Shown: piece by piece, positions 1-9,407 of the stretch
Position numbering within the stretch: position 1 is the first letter of the stretch
How the letters are laid out: each line of letters begins with the position of its first letter
Assembly (NCBI GenBank): GCA_963736115.1
Contig: CAVTNR010000008.1
Coordinates: 128,001-192,000, forward strand
Reading direction: 5' to 3'
DNA from: an uncultured bacterium
GTDB lineage: Bacteria > Zhuqueibacterota > QNDG01 > DTFT01
Length of the DNA: 64,000 nt
The notes under the pieces: model-generated
Database searches by the model: none
Told to the model about the DNA's origin: nothing
The model's input: only the letters and a program-made list of their open reading frames with translations
Position numbers and translations under genes: made by a program

Positions 1-227
1 CGGTACATGCCCTTGGCGCCGTATGCCTGTCCCATGACGAAATAGGCCTCGTAATTGTCCGGGAACTGGGCGACTGCGAGCTGGCACTGCTCAATGGCCT
101 TGTCGTAGTTGCTCTGCTGCATGTACACCTTTGCCGATGTGGTGTAAGTGTCCTGACAGCCCGTCCAGACGGCGATCAGCCCGAGCAGAGAAAGCGCGGC
201 CGCGATCCGGAAAAACGGTTTGTTCAT
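1..227 (-). CDS. TPR-containing lipoprotein (partial, runs off window start)
   Basis: Translated by hand: MNKPFFRIAAALSLLGLIAVWTGC (lipobox-like), then TPR-like YDKAIEQCQLAVAQFPDNYEAYFVMGQAY. AGGAGG RBS at 235-240 (minus strand). Confidence 0.8.
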   Translation of the reverse strand, partial: MNKPFFRIAAALSLLGLIAVWTGCQDTYTTSAKVYMQQSNYDKAIEQCQLAVAQFPDNYEAYFVMGQAYGAKGMY

Positions 228-276
228 GAACCGACCTCCTGGGAGAGTGATTTTTGGGACAATTGAAAAGACATTT

Positions 277-305
277 AATTTACGTTGATGGATATGAGTT
301 GTCAA
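277..305 (-). promoter_or_regulatory. sigma70-type promoter
   Basis: TTGACA-N17-TAAATT upstream of the TPR lipoprotein gene. Confidence 0.65.
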
Positions 306-408
306 GAATATTTTTGAAAAACGTGTTTTTTTTGCAGACAATCCACTTGATAATCCTGGAAAGATTTCATATATTCGACCCATCCTGTTCAATAACCGGT
401 TCCGAGGC

Positions 409-1137
409 TTGATTACTAGTCACGTAACTCCCCAAAAAACAGCATCCAAGCGCATCGGATGCCTGCTCATTCATGGTTTTACTGGTACTCCGTGGGTTTT
501 TCAGGAATTAAAGTCCTATCTTGAGGAAAAACAAGTAATTGTTTCGGATCCACTTCTGCCCGGTCATGGTACGACTCCGGAAGACCTGAACCGGATCCGA
601 TGGGAACAGTGGGCCGCATGCGCAGCCGAAAACCTGGAAGGTCTTCGATCCAGGTGCGATTCCCTGTTCATTGCCGGCCTTTCAATGGGAGGGGTAATCG
701 CTCTGCGCACGGCTCAGAACCGGCCTTGCGACGGTGTCATCACGATGTCCGCGCCTTTCCGCTTCAGCCGTTCCATGACCGCTTTTATCCCGATTCTCAG
801 GCTGTTCAAGCGGAGCTGGAGAAAATCCGGCCCGAAGGAGCACCAGAAGGAGGAAGTGGGTTATGACCGGTATCCGCTTAATGCACTGAACCAGATGATG
901 CGGATGATGAGGATTGTGCGGAAGGACATGACGCGGTTACGGGTTCCCCTGCTGGTTCTGCATTCAAAGGGAGACCGCCGCGTTCCGGTTTCGGACAGCC
1001 GGGAACTGTTCGATGCCGCCGCATCGGAGCGCAAGCGGATCCGCCTGCTGGACCATCCCTGCCATGTCATCACCAAGGGCTTGGATCAGGAACTGGTTCT
1101 GAAAAGTGCGTGGGAGTTTATCCGGGAAAACGCATAG
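409..1137 (+). CDS. alpha/beta-hydrolase carboxylesterase (Est30/YvaK-like)
   Basis: HGFTG oxyanion motif, GLSMG nucleophile elbow, candidate Asp (GD) and His (CHVI). Confidence 0.88.
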   Translation: MITSHVTPQKTASKRIGCLLIHGFTGTPWVFQELKSYLEEKQVIVSDPLLPGHGTTPEDLNRIRWEQWAACAAENLEGLRSRCDSLFIAGLSMGGVIALRTAQNRPCDGVITMSAPFRFSRSMTAFIPILRLFKRSWRKSGPKEHQKEEVGYDRYPLNALNQMMRMMRIVRKDMTRLRVPLLVLHSKGDRRVPVSDSRELFDAAASERKRIRLLDHPCHVITKGLDQELVLKSAWEFIRENA

Positions 1138-1243
1138 CGCGGCTGCGCAGAAAAGAACGGTCGTGCCGTGTTGCCGATTCAGTTACGAAAGAATGTTTAA
1201 GCTGATGATTTACAGGATATTGAGAGGGATGACTCTGCGGGTT

Positions 1244-1663
1244 TCAACGAAACATGGCTTTAATGCTTCCCCAGGTGTGCTTGATTCCGGACTGGCCTTC
1301 AGCGGATGCGATGACATCGAAAACCTGGGAATTTCCGGAACGGTCGACGAGGATCAGGCGGTAATAGAGGGTGTTGACTCCGGTCTTGAAAATCGTGTTG
1401 TCCCGGTACGAGTAGGTGCGTCTCTGCCAGGAATCGCCGGAAGCTGCTGTTTTTCCTATATGAATCCAGCGGGTCCGGTCGCTGCTTCTCTCGATTTCGA
1501 AGCGGGCCAGGTTGGATTCCTCCTCGGTCGACCAGACCAGAACGACTGCGCTCTGGTCCCGTGTCGCGTAGAATTCGGAGACGCGTGTGGCTGCCCGGCC
1601 GGCCGCCAGTGCCAGTAAAATCAGTAAGAAAACCGGTATGCGGATTTGAATGTGGGGACGCAT
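1244..1663 (-). CDS. small secreted Ig-like protein with C-terminal TWGSIKAMFR tag
   Basis: Signal peptide; W-S-T-E-E-E..FEIERS..YYRL..VD module; terminal TWGxIK motif. ATG at 1663 preferred. Confidence 0.75.
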   Translation of the reverse strand: MRPHIQIRIPVFLLILLALAAGRAATRVSEFYATRDQSAVVLVWSTEEESNLARFEIERSSDRTRWIHIGKTAASGDSWQRRTYSYRDNTIFKTGVNTLYYRLILVDRSGNSQVFDVIASAEGQSGIKHTWGSIKAMFR

Positions 1664-1711
1664 GATAAAAATCAATTTATCGCAAGAGCATGATAAAGTC
1701 AAGGACTTTTT

Positions 1712-1736
1712 GGAACGGTTGATCCCGGGAACCGTA
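1712..1736 (+). promoter_or_regulatory. putative ECF-sigma promoter
   Basis: GGAAC-N16-CGTA upstream of the sigma70 gene; same spacing recurs at 4052-4076. Confidence 0.4.
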
Positions 1737-1789
1737 TAACCAGTGGTTCAGACGGGGGCGTTCCGAAACAAAACGCCGCGAAGGAACCC

Positions 1790-2638
1790 ATGTCGAGAAG
1801 AATGAAAAACAGAGCCAATCAATCACTGGACCGCTATCTGCAGGAGATCGGCGAAGTCCCTCTCCTCAGCCCCGAGCAGGAGATCGACCTCGCCCGGCGG
1901 ATCAAGAAGAACGACCAGGATGCGCTGGAGAAACTGACCAAGGCCAACCTCCGTTTCGTGGTCTCCGTGGCCAAGCAGTACCAGAACCAGGGCCTTTCGC
2001 TCGGCGACCTGATCAACGAAGGGAACCTCGGCCTGATCAAGGCCGCCAAGCGTTTCGACGAAACGCGCGGCTTCAAGTTCATCTCCTATGCGGTGTGGTG
2101 GATCCGCCAGTCCATTCTTCAGGCGCTGGCCGAGCAGAGCCGGATCGTGCGCCTCCCGCTGAACCGGGTCGGCGCCCTGAATAAGATCGGCAAAGCGTTC
2201 AGCAACCTCGAGCAGGAATTTGAGCGGGAACCGAGCGCGAGCGAGATCGCGGAAGAGCTCGAAATGACGGCGTATGAAGTCTCGGACACGCTGAAGATTT
2301 CCGGACGGCACCTGTCGATGGATGCGCCGTTCAACCAGGGCGACGACAACCGCCTGCTCGACGTGATCGAGGACGACCAGCAGCAGCCGCCGGATGACCT
2401 CCTGCTCAACGAATCCCTGCGCATGGAGGTTCAGCGCGCCCTGACCACGCTCTCGGACCGCGAGGCCGAAGTGATCAAGCTCTACTTCGGGCTGGAGCGT
2501 GAGCACCCGCTTACGCTCGAGGAGATCGGCGAGAGGTTCAACCTGACCCGCGAACGCGTGCGCCAGATCAAGGAAAAAGCCATCCGACGGCTGAGGCACA
2601 CGTCCCGCAGCCGCATGCTGAGAAGTTATCTGGGGTAG
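1790..2638 (+). CDS. rpoD: RNA polymerase sigma70 factor, short RpoD/SigA family (no region 1.1)
   Basis: [52 protein letters not shown]. Could be a paralog of the primary sigma. Confidence 0.9.
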   Translation: MSRRMKNRANQSLDRYLQEIGEVPLLSPEQEIDLARRIKKNDQDALEKLTKANLRFVVSVAKQYQNQGLSLGDLINEGNLGLIKAAKRFDETRGFKFISYAVWWIRQSILQALAEQSRIVRLPLNRVGALNKIGKAFSNLEQEFEREPSASEIAEELEMTAYEVSDTLKISGRHLSMDAPFNQGDDNRLLDVIEDDQQQPPDDLLLNESLRMEVQRALTTLSDREAEVIKLYFGLEREHPLTLEEIGERFNLTRERVRQIKEKAIRRLRHTSRSRMLRSYLG

Positions 2639-2657
2639 AAAGCAGGCCAGCGGCTTT

Positions 2658-2777
2658 TTGAATCTGATCGCTCGCGCATTCCCCGTCGCTTGCGGCGGGG
2701 TAAGCGAGCGAATATATAATATATTTTCTTCACTACAGATAGAAGATTCCCCGCGGCTTGCCGCGGGGAATCTTCAA
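2658..2777. mobile_element. MITE/PATE-like double-hairpin element, copy 1
   Basis: TTGAA...TTCAA ends; two CCCCGNNGCTTGCNNCGGGG hairpins around a GCGAGCGAATA...CTACAGATAGAAGATT core shared with 21950-22136 and 28261-28418. Confidence 0.75.
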
Positions 2778-2780
2778 AAG

Positions 2781-2820
2781 AACCTCCCTCGGGTTTTAAC
2801 GACCCGCTGGAGGTTTTTTT
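2781..2820 (+). terminator. intrinsic terminator
   Basis: AACCTCC...GGAGGTT stem followed by T run. Confidence 0.65.
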
Positions 2821-2972
2821 GTCATGAAACCCTGAAAGGTGAACTCTCTGGTTTCGGCTTGTTTCGGCTTTACACGTAAATAAAGAATTTTTATCACCTG
2901 ATAACAGGCCTATTTGCTTGAATTATATAAATTAAGGTCGTTTCCCGGTATGGAATGCCTCCTTCTTTGTCC

Positions 2973-3003
2973 TTGACAATACCATGTAAAATACTTAAAT
3001 TTG
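2973..3003 (+). promoter_or_regulatory. sigma70-type promoter
   Basis: TTGACA-N17-TAAATT(TG); overlaps the ORF-track start 3001, arguing for the ATG at 3073. Confidence 0.65.
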
Positions 3004-3072
3004 CTAAAATTTGTTTCTATAGAAAACAACCCTGTCCTCCATCATTCTGAACCGGATCGCGCGGGAGACGGC

Positions 3073-3993
3073 ATGCTGAACGAGAAAATCCGTTTGCTGT
3101 ATTTTTCCAGAGGGACAGGTCTCAGGCAGTTCAGTCTCAACCCCAAGCAGTTCTACACCTATTCCGCGGCAGGCGGTTTCGCCCTCCTTCTTGTTCTGAG
3201 CATCGGCATTCATCTCATTACCGGGCTTTTCCACGACATCCGCATTGATTCGCTGAAGCAGAACCGGGACGAACTGCAGAAAGAGCTGATCGCGATGAAG
3301 GAGAAAATCGCGGTCCTCAACGGGTATGTGTCCGAGGTCGAGAATACGGGGGACATGCTCCGGAACGTGGCCGGGTTGCCGGCCATCGACCAGGACGTCC
3401 GGCAGGTCGGCGTCGGCGGACCCTACTCCGCCAATATCCCGGAATACCAGTATCTCAATGACGAGGTCAGCCGCACGGCCGCGGAGGCCAGGAATGATCT
3501 GAACAAGATCGAGCGCGAGATCCGGCTCGAACGGGCAAGCCTTCAGGAAATCAACCTGCTGCTCGGCGAACAGAAGACGCGCGCGGAACAGCTCCCCAGC
3601 ATACGCCCGATTCTCGGCGCGAAGGTCATTGAGAATTTCGGTCTGAGGATGGATCCTTTCCTCGACAAGATCGCGTCACATGAGGGAGTCGACGTTCCCA
3701 TGCCCCTCGGAACCAAGGTGCTCGCCACGGCCGCTGGAACGGTCAAGGTCGCGAAGACCATATACACGCCGTACAAGAGTTACGGCATGGAAGTCGTGAT
3801 CGACCACGGGTATGGATTCGAAACACGGTACGCCCACCTTTCCAAGATTCTCGTTTCACCCGGACAGCGCGTCAAGAGATGGCAGGCCATCGGCGAGGTC
3901 GGAGAAACAGGGAGGGCTACCGGTCCCCACCTCCATTACGAGGTTATGAGCTCGGGAAGACCCATCAATCCCTCATTCTTCATGTTCAACTGA
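3073..3993 (+). CDS. M23 family peptidoglycan endopeptidase (TM + coiled coil + M23)
   Basis: HEGVD (HxxxD), YAHL and GPHLHYEV (HxH) motifs. Confidence 0.92.
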   Translation: MLNEKIRLLYFSRGTGLRQFSLNPKQFYTYSAAGGFALLLVLSIGIHLITGLFHDIRIDSLKQNRDELQKELIAMKEKIAVLNGYVSEVENTGDMLRNVAGLPAIDQDVRQVGVGGPYSANIPEYQYLNDEVSRTAAEARNDLNKIEREIRLERASLQEINLLLGEQKTRAEQLPSIRPILGAKVIENFGLRMDPFLDKIASHEGVDVPMPLGTKVLATAAGTVKVAKTIYTPYKSYGMEVVIDHGYGFETRYAHLSKILVSPGQRVKRWQAIGEVGETGRATGPHLHYEVMSSGRPINPSFFMFN

Positions 3994-4051
3994 ACTCCCG
4001 GCCTTTCCCGGAATGGTCAGCCGCTGAGATTTTTCTTGGCGGCTTTTTTTT

Positions 4052-4076
4052 GTAACTTTTTGTCATCCGGCACGTA
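4052..4076 (+). promoter_or_regulatory. putative ECF-sigma promoter
   Basis: GTAAC-N16-CGTA upstream of the M16 pair. Confidence 0.4.
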
Positions 4077-4127
4077 TGCACAAATGAGGCAAACCGTGCA
4101 GATTCCGCTGACAACCAGGATAAAGCC

Positions 4128-5420
4128 ATGAGAATCAAAAACTTAATTATAATTCTGCTATTGGCGGGTATTACGGCCGCTTCGGGCGGTGATAAATCCG
4201 AGGCAGTCACGCTTCCGAACGGAATGACCGTGATTCTGCATCCTTTTCCGCACACGAACGTGACCTGCGTGGCCCTGTTCGCGAAGGCCGGTTCCATTTG
4301 CGAGACGGATTCCACGGCCGGCATCACGCGTTTCATGGAAAAATCGCTTTTCCGGATGACCCAAAACAGAAGCGATGTGCGCGCCGATATCGATTCATAC
4401 GGAGGCGATTTCCAGTCGGGCGTCAACCAGGATTTCGCGGTATTCGCGGTCACGGCCAGCGGCGCGTTCCTGTTTCCCATTCTCGATCTGTTCGATGATG
4501 TCATCCGGGACGCGCGGTTCAGCGACTCGCTCGCCGCGGATGTCCGGTTGGAGCTGACCCGGCGTCTGGAGGAGGAACGGAAGAATCCGGACGTCCGGAT
4601 TCTCTCCCGGTTCCTGTCCCTGGCTTTCCGCGAACATCCCTATCGGTTCATGCCGCACGGGTCCGCTGAAGGATTCCGCGCCCTGGAGGCCGCGGACATC
4701 CGCCGTCACTACGAACAGTCGTTCGTGCCGCGGAATCTCGTGCTGGTGGTCACCGGGCAGTTCGAACGCAAGGAACTGATCGGGCGGCTGAAGAACCGAA
4801 TCGGCCGCTTCGAACGGAAGTCCCCGGCCCTTCCCGCATGGCGGCCAGAACCCTCCCATACCGCGGCCGTGGACGTGCGTGAGCGGCACGGATTCGGTCC
4901 GAACGTGGCTTTCGTGGCGGTCGGCTGGCCCGCGCCGGCCGTGTCCGATCCGGCCACGTATGCGATGGACGTGCTTGTCACCGCTCTCGGAAACGGGCAG
5001 AGTTCCAGGCTCAACCGGCAGGTCCGTGTTTCCGCGCCGTCCCTGTATGCCGTCTGGTCGGATTACCGGACGCCCCGCGATCCGGGCTTCATCCGCATCA
5101 TGGCGGCCTGCCCGCCGGCGGACGCGGATTCGGTGCGCAGCGCCATTCTCCGCGAGGTCCGGATTCTGCGGGACGATCCGATGCCGGAGCCGGAGATGGC
5201 GAGGGCCAAACGCATGCTCACGGCAACGGAATCGTTCAGCCGCGAAGGCGCGACGGATTACGCCAATTACATCGGTTACTGGGCGACCATGGCCGATCTC
5301 GATCTGGCGCGGCAGTACCTCAAGAGGATCCGAGCCGTCCGCCAGGAGGACGTGCGCAACACGGTCCGGACTTTCATGACTGACGAACAGCGTATTTCCA
5401 TCATCCTGATGCCTGAATGA
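4128..5420 (+). CDS. M16 (pitrilysin/insulinase) family protein lacking HxxEH
   Basis: LPNGMTVIL, AGSICE, HPY..PHGS, VPRNLVLVVTG, SSRL. Zinc motif position reads RFMEK. Sec signal peptide. Confidence 0.85.
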   Translation: MRIKNLIIILLLAGITAASGGDKSEAVTLPNGMTVILHPFPHTNVTCVALFAKAGSICETDSTAGITRFMEKSLFRMTQNRSDVRADIDSYGGDFQSGVNQDFAVFAVTASGAFLFPILDLFDDVIRDARFSDSLAADVRLELTRRLEEERKNPDVRILSRFLSLAFREHPYRFMPHGSAEGFRALEAADIRRHYEQSFVPRNLVLVVTGQFERKELIGRLKNRIGRFERKSPALPAWRPEPSHTAAVDVRERHGFGPNVAFVAVGWPAPAVSDPATYAMDVLVTALGNGQSSRLNRQVRVSAPSLYAVWSDYRTPRDPGFIRIMAACPPADADSVRSAILREVRILRDDPMPEPEMARAKRMLTATESFSREGATDYANYIGYWATMADLDLARQYLKRIRAVRQEDVRNTVRTFMTDEQRISIILMPE

Positions 5421-5439
5421 ACAGGGCCGGAGAAAGCCG

Positions 5440-6732
5440 ATGAAGATCCGATGGATTGTGCTGATGACGGCGGCCGGCGTTCTGATCGCGGCCGGATGCG
5501 CGAGGCGGTCCGGCGTCAAAACCGTCGTTCTGGAGAACGGCCTGCGCGTCGTGATCACGGGCATTCCGTCGCCCGTGGCGGCGGCCGTGGTCTGGCTGGA
5601 CTACGGCGAGCGGGACGGCGCGCCCGGAACGGCCCGGGCCGTCAACCGCATGCTGCTGGGCGGCACGGAGATCCGGACCCGGAACCAGATTTTCCGGGAG
5701 ATCGAAAGCGCGGGCGGCTGGATCGGCGTGGAAACGGGCCTCACCGGTTCGATCATGGTGCTTCAGGCGCCGGCCGAGGAGTTCACGTCCTGTTTTGCCA
5801 TTCTTGCCGAATGCCTTTCGAGGTCGACTTTCGACAGCACGGAGCTCGCGGCCGAGGGCGGATTTGAAGAGGGCGGCATCGGATTCGCCAAGATCCTGAG
5901 GAAGAAGCAGAGGAAGGATTCGGCCATTCGTTCCGTCCTGTTTCCCGATTCGCCCGCGGGCGCGCCGGGCAAAAAGAAAACGAGGTCCGTGACGGCTGAT
6001 TCCGTATCCGCTTTCGCGGCCTCGCATGTGCGTCCCGAACGGATGATCATCTCCATCGCGGGCGAATGCGACTGTAAAACCGTTCTGAAATCCCTGAAAT
6101 CGGCCTGGAGCGCCAGACAGGCAGCCGTGCCGTTTCCTGCTTTCGAACCAGGAGCCGCGGCCCCCGGGCCGGTTCCTGGAACGGTGCGGACCTCGCGATC
6201 CGCGGGCCCGGGCCGCGGGGACAGCCTGTTCGTGGCCCTGAGAACCTCCATCCCGTACGGTTCGGATTTTCTGATGGAATACCTGGTCGGCCTGGCCCTA
6301 TCGGCAAAACAGGACGGACTGCTGGCGCGGGCCGCGTCCGGAGGGGCCGCTTCGGCCGCGGGTCTCGAGCTGGATTTTTATTTCCAGAACGAAGCCGACT
6401 ATGGATACTGGGTCGCTTCCGCCGTTCCATCCGAGGGAAAGGCACCCGGAGCGATAAGACGCCTGGAGGATCTCATCGCGGAAGCGGAACGGAACGGGAT
6501 TTCCGAACCTGTTTTCAGCACCGCGCGGCGGCGGCTCGAATCCGCTTTCGCCATCCGTTCCCAGTACACGCTGAACCACGCGTATTTCGGCGCACTGGCC
6601 GAAAGGCTCGACCTTCCTTACCGATCCATATCCGATCTGCAGAAAGCCGCGGCTTCAATGACGCATGCACAGCTGAACGGACGGCTCAAGGACATTTTGC
6701 CGAGGCTGAGAATTCTGGTTTCGGGAGGATAA
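5440..6732 (+). CDS. M16 family non-catalytic lipoprotein
   Basis: Lipobox AAGC; LENGLRVVI; RPERMIISIAG. Zinc motif position reads RAVNR. Confidence 0.78.
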   Translation: MKIRWIVLMTAAGVLIAAGCARRSGVKTVVLENGLRVVITGIPSPVAAAVVWLDYGERDGAPGTARAVNRMLLGGTEIRTRNQIFREIESAGGWIGVETGLTGSIMVLQAPAEEFTSCFAILAECLSRSTFDSTELAAEGGFEEGGIGFAKILRKKQRKDSAIRSVLFPDSPAGAPGKKKTRSVTADSVSAFAASHVRPERMIISIAGECDCKTVLKSLKSAWSARQAAVPFPAFEPGAAAPGPVPGTVRTSRSAGPGRGDSLFVALRTSIPYGSDFLMEYLVGLALSAKQDGLLARAASGGAASAAGLELDFYFQNEADYGYWVASAVPSEGKAPGAIRRLEDLIAEAERNGISEPVFSTARRRLESAFAIRSQYTLNHAYFGALAERLDLPYRSISDLQKAAASMTHAQLNGRLKDILPRLRILVSGG

Positions 6733-6775
6733 GGGCGGCGGGCCGAAAGCCGACGCTGTTTACCGGCATTTCTCC

Positions 6776-6816
6776 AAAAAAAAGGAACCTTCTTCAGGAA
6801 GGTTCCTTTTTTTTTA
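6776..6816. terminator. bidirectional intrinsic terminator
   Basis: A-run GGAACCTTC-loop-GAAGGTTCC T-run between convergent genes. Confidence 0.8.
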
Positions 6817-6866
6817 CAGGTCATAGGACCCCGGGGTTGACCCGGGGTCGGTTCATGCGGCTTCCG

Positions 6867-7409
6867 TCAGCGCGAGACGAATGATTTCAGAAAGCGGAAA
6901 AGCTCGGAAACGCGTTCATCGGCCGGCGCCGCGGATGGTCCGGTGAACAAAAGGTTGTAATAGCGGTCCGCGCACGGTTTATTGAAGCCGATGCACAGCG
7001 GATAGCCCAGTTTTCTCGCGAGGTAAATTGCGGTCAAAGAAAAATCCGGATCCAGGTCGAGCAGGGTGTCGAAGGCCCCGAGGTTCAATCCGGCCAGCAC
7101 CTGGGAGCTTCGAATCTGGTTGATCGTGTTCTTCTTCAGGTGGAGGTAGAGCACGGGCCTGCCGAGATCCGGCCCGCCGGATCCGTCGGGCGCGCCGGGA
7201 CTGATGAAGGTGAAGCGGCCCGCGGGAAACACGGCGTCCAGCTGGCGCATGGTCCTGGCCGTGAGCTTGTGACCGGCCGCGGCGGGAAGCACCACGAGCA
7301 GGCGGGCCGACTTTTTCAGCGTTTTCTTGAATTCAAGCGGAAGGGTGCGCGCGAAGGGCCGCGTGAAGGAACGGACGATTCTTTCCTGTATCTGATCTCG
7401 CAGGTTCAT
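6867..7409 (-). CDS. conserved hypothetical protein (GT9 N-terminal/DUF6913-like)
   Basis: FDTLLDLD...LCIGF...YYNLL pattern; ATG at 7409. Confidence 0.55.
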   Translation of the reverse strand: MNLRDQIQERIVRSFTRPFARTLPLEFKKTLKKSARLLVVLPAAAGHKLTARTMRQLDAVFPAGRFTFISPGAPDGSGGPDLGRPVLYLHLKKNTINQIRSSQVLAGLNLGAFDTLLDLDPDFSLTAIYLARKLGYPLCIGFNKPCADRYYNLLFTGPSAAPADERVSELFRFLKSFVSR

Positions 7410-7428
7410 GAAAAACAATATAAGAAAT

Positions 7429-7959
7429 TCATCCGCGTTTATCAACAGGCACTTGCCGGAATCGGCGCAGGAGGGCGTCCCAGAGAACCGCGAAGGCCAT
7501 GGCCGCAAGACAGGACATAAGCCCCCGGCTGTAACCGTCCGGTTCCACGGGCAGGGAACCGGACGCATCCGCGATCCAGGCTGAGCCTGCTCGTACTGCC
7601 TCATCCGCGAACCGCAGTGCCGCAATTGCCGCCTGTTTGAGCCGCTCCGGCATCCAGACCGCATACACGGCCGTAGCGGCCGCGGCAGCGCCGGACAGGG
7701 CCAGGACGGACGCCCACGGCATGGGATCGCGTTCAGGCCGGAGGGTTTCCGTTTGCGCGATAACCGATCTGAAAAAGGAACCGTCCAGGCCGAAGCAGGG
7801 TTCAGCTGTTTCCAGAACGTCGAAAAGCCTGCGGTAACGGGCGGCCGTCTCGCGGCACGCAGGGCATACGGCCAAGTGACGATTCTGAGAGCGGGTTTCA
7901 GCCCGGCCCAGATCCGCCGAGGACTGCAGTTCCGCGTCGCTCAGGTGTTCATTGCGCAC
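7429..7959 (-). CDS. zinc-finger membrane anti-sigma factor
   Basis: HLAVCPAC (HxxxCxxC) plus two hydrophobic segments; overlaps the 3' end of the ECF sigma gene. Confidence 0.8.
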   Translation of the reverse strand: MRNEHLSDAELQSSADLGRAETRSQNRHLAVCPACRETAARYRRLFDVLETAEPCFGLDGSFFRSVIAQTETLRPERDPMPWASVLALSGAAAAATAVYAVWMPERLKQAAIAALRFADEAVRAGSAWIADASGSLPVEPDGYSRGLMSCLAAMAFAVLWDALLRRFRQVPVDKRG

Positions 7960-8528
7960 AGTTCCTCCTTGGGAACAACGGCCAGCAGCCGGTTTTTCAG
8001 CAGTCGTCTCGCCCGGAACAGCCGGTTCTTCACGGTGCCTTCTGGCATGTCCATGGCCCTGGCGATTTCCGCGATCTGCATGCCGTCCAGATGAAACAGG
8101 GTCAGGATGAGGCGGTAACGGACCGGCAGGCGGCCGATTTCGCGGTGCAGGCTCGAAACCAGGCCCGGATCCGGGCCTTCATTTTCCTCATCCCCGGCCG
8201 GTTCCGCGGGCCCGCCGTCCGGCAGTCGTGCGTCGGTCCACGACACTGGTTTTTTCTTCTCGAGATAATGGATGCAGGTGTTCACCGCGATTTTCGCGAT
8301 CCAGGTGGAAAACCGGCTGTCGCCGCGGAAACCGTCGAGCCCCGCGTACACCTTCAGAAAAATGTCCTGGCAGAGATCCTTCCGGTCCTCGTGATCGTCC
8401 ACGGACCGGGCCACGATGTGCATGACCAGCCGCACATGTCCGGCCATCAGGTCCGAAAAAGCGTCCTTTTCCCCTTGCCGGATGCGGGCAATCAGGCTGT
8501 CCGTGTCGTTTCGGTTCTCGGGCTTCAC
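7941..8528 (-). CDS. ECF RNA polymerase sigma factor
   Basis: DLCQDIFLK, FSTWIAKIAVN, EIARAMDMPEGTVKNRLFRAR. Confidence 0.93.
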   Translation of the reverse strand: MKPENRNDTDSLIARIRQGEKDAFSDLMAGHVRLVMHIVARSVDDHEDRKDLCQDIFLKVYAGLDGFRGDSRFSTWIAKIAVNTCIHYLEKKKPVSWTDARLPDGGPAEPAGDEENEGPDPGLVSSLHREIGRLPVRYRLILTLFHLDGMQIAEIARAMDMPEGTVKNRLFRARRLLKNRLLAVVPKEELCAMNT

Positions 8529-8535
8529 ATTTTAT

Positions 8536-8613
8536 TAGACCGGTTTCGGGTTGAAAGGTTGCATGTTATTTTTTTGCGCGGGAAATGCAACCTTCCGGCT
8601 TTTCGCCGGTCTA
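8536..8613. promoter_or_regulatory. two divergent matching ECF promoters
   Basis: TGCAACCTT-N11-CCGGTCTA on minus (8563-8536) and plus (8586-8613). Confidence 0.75.
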
Positions 8614-8670
8614 TTCATACAGAGACGCAGAGATCGAAAGTAATCGTTCATTCAAAACAAGGAGACCGAC

Positions 8671-9060
8671 ATGGATCATTTTGAACTCACTCCCGTTCTC
8701 GTGATGGGCGTCATTTTCTGGGGGATCATCGCCATACTCCGCGAAGTGTCCCAGAACAAACTGCGGCACCGCATCGTGGACAAGGGCATGGACCCGGCTG
8801 AAGCCAGCGCCCTGTTCCGCAGTGCCTCGGTCGCGCCCCGGTGGACCAGTCTGAAATGGGGAATGGTGTTGACCGGCATCGGACTCGTGCTCCTGATCGG
8901 CCAGCTGATCCCCGCGGATGTTTCGGAGGAGGCGACGATCGGCGCCATGATGGTGGCTGCCGGCCTGGCCCTGCTGGCGTTTCATTTCGTGATGAGCAAG
9001 GCTGTCGCCGCTTCGGACAGCATCGAACCGGCCGGCAAGGCGGAAAGCCGGAAACGGTAG
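8671..9060 (+). CDS. membrane protein, DUF6249-like
   Basis: TM..RHRIVDKGMDP..SLKWGMVLTGIGL; AAGGAG RBS; divergent from the ECF sigma. Confidence 0.78.
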   Translation: MDHFELTPVLVMGVIFWGIIAILREVSQNKLRHRIVDKGMDPAEASALFRSASVAPRWTSLKWGMVLTGIGLVLLIGQLIPADVSEEATIGAMMVAAGLALLAFHFVMSKAVAASDSIEPAGKAESRKR

Positions 9061-9176
9061 GATGATCAGCTTCGACGCACCTGAAAGGTGCGTCGAAGAT
9101 TCTTTTTGCGCAAACCCGCAGAAAAAAAGCGGAGAGGATGAGATCCTCTCCGCTTTTTGCTGTATCTCAGATCTTG

Positions 9177-9398
9177 TCAGGACTTCTGTTTCTTCGGATT
9201 GAACTGAATCGTGTAGAAGACGCCCATGATCAGCAGAAGAACACCCCACCAGATGCCCGCATGCAGTTCGTTCAGGACCACCGGATTTTCGGGGGGATTG
9301 AAGTATCCGTAAATGCCGGCGCCCAGGATCATGACTCCGTACACGTCCAGGAGCAGTCCGATCGCGAACCAGATCGAAAACAGTTGTTGTTTCGCCAT
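9177..9398 (-). CDS. small two-TM membrane protein downstream of the symporter
   Basis: 73-aa ORF, two hydrophobic helices, RBS-like GGGTGAG. Confidence 0.7.
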   Translation of the reverse strand: MAKQQLFSIWFAIGLLLDVYGVMILGAGIYGYFNPPENPVVLNELHAGIWWGVLLLIMGVFYTIQFNPKKQKS

Positions 9399-9407
9399 GT
9401 CTCACCC

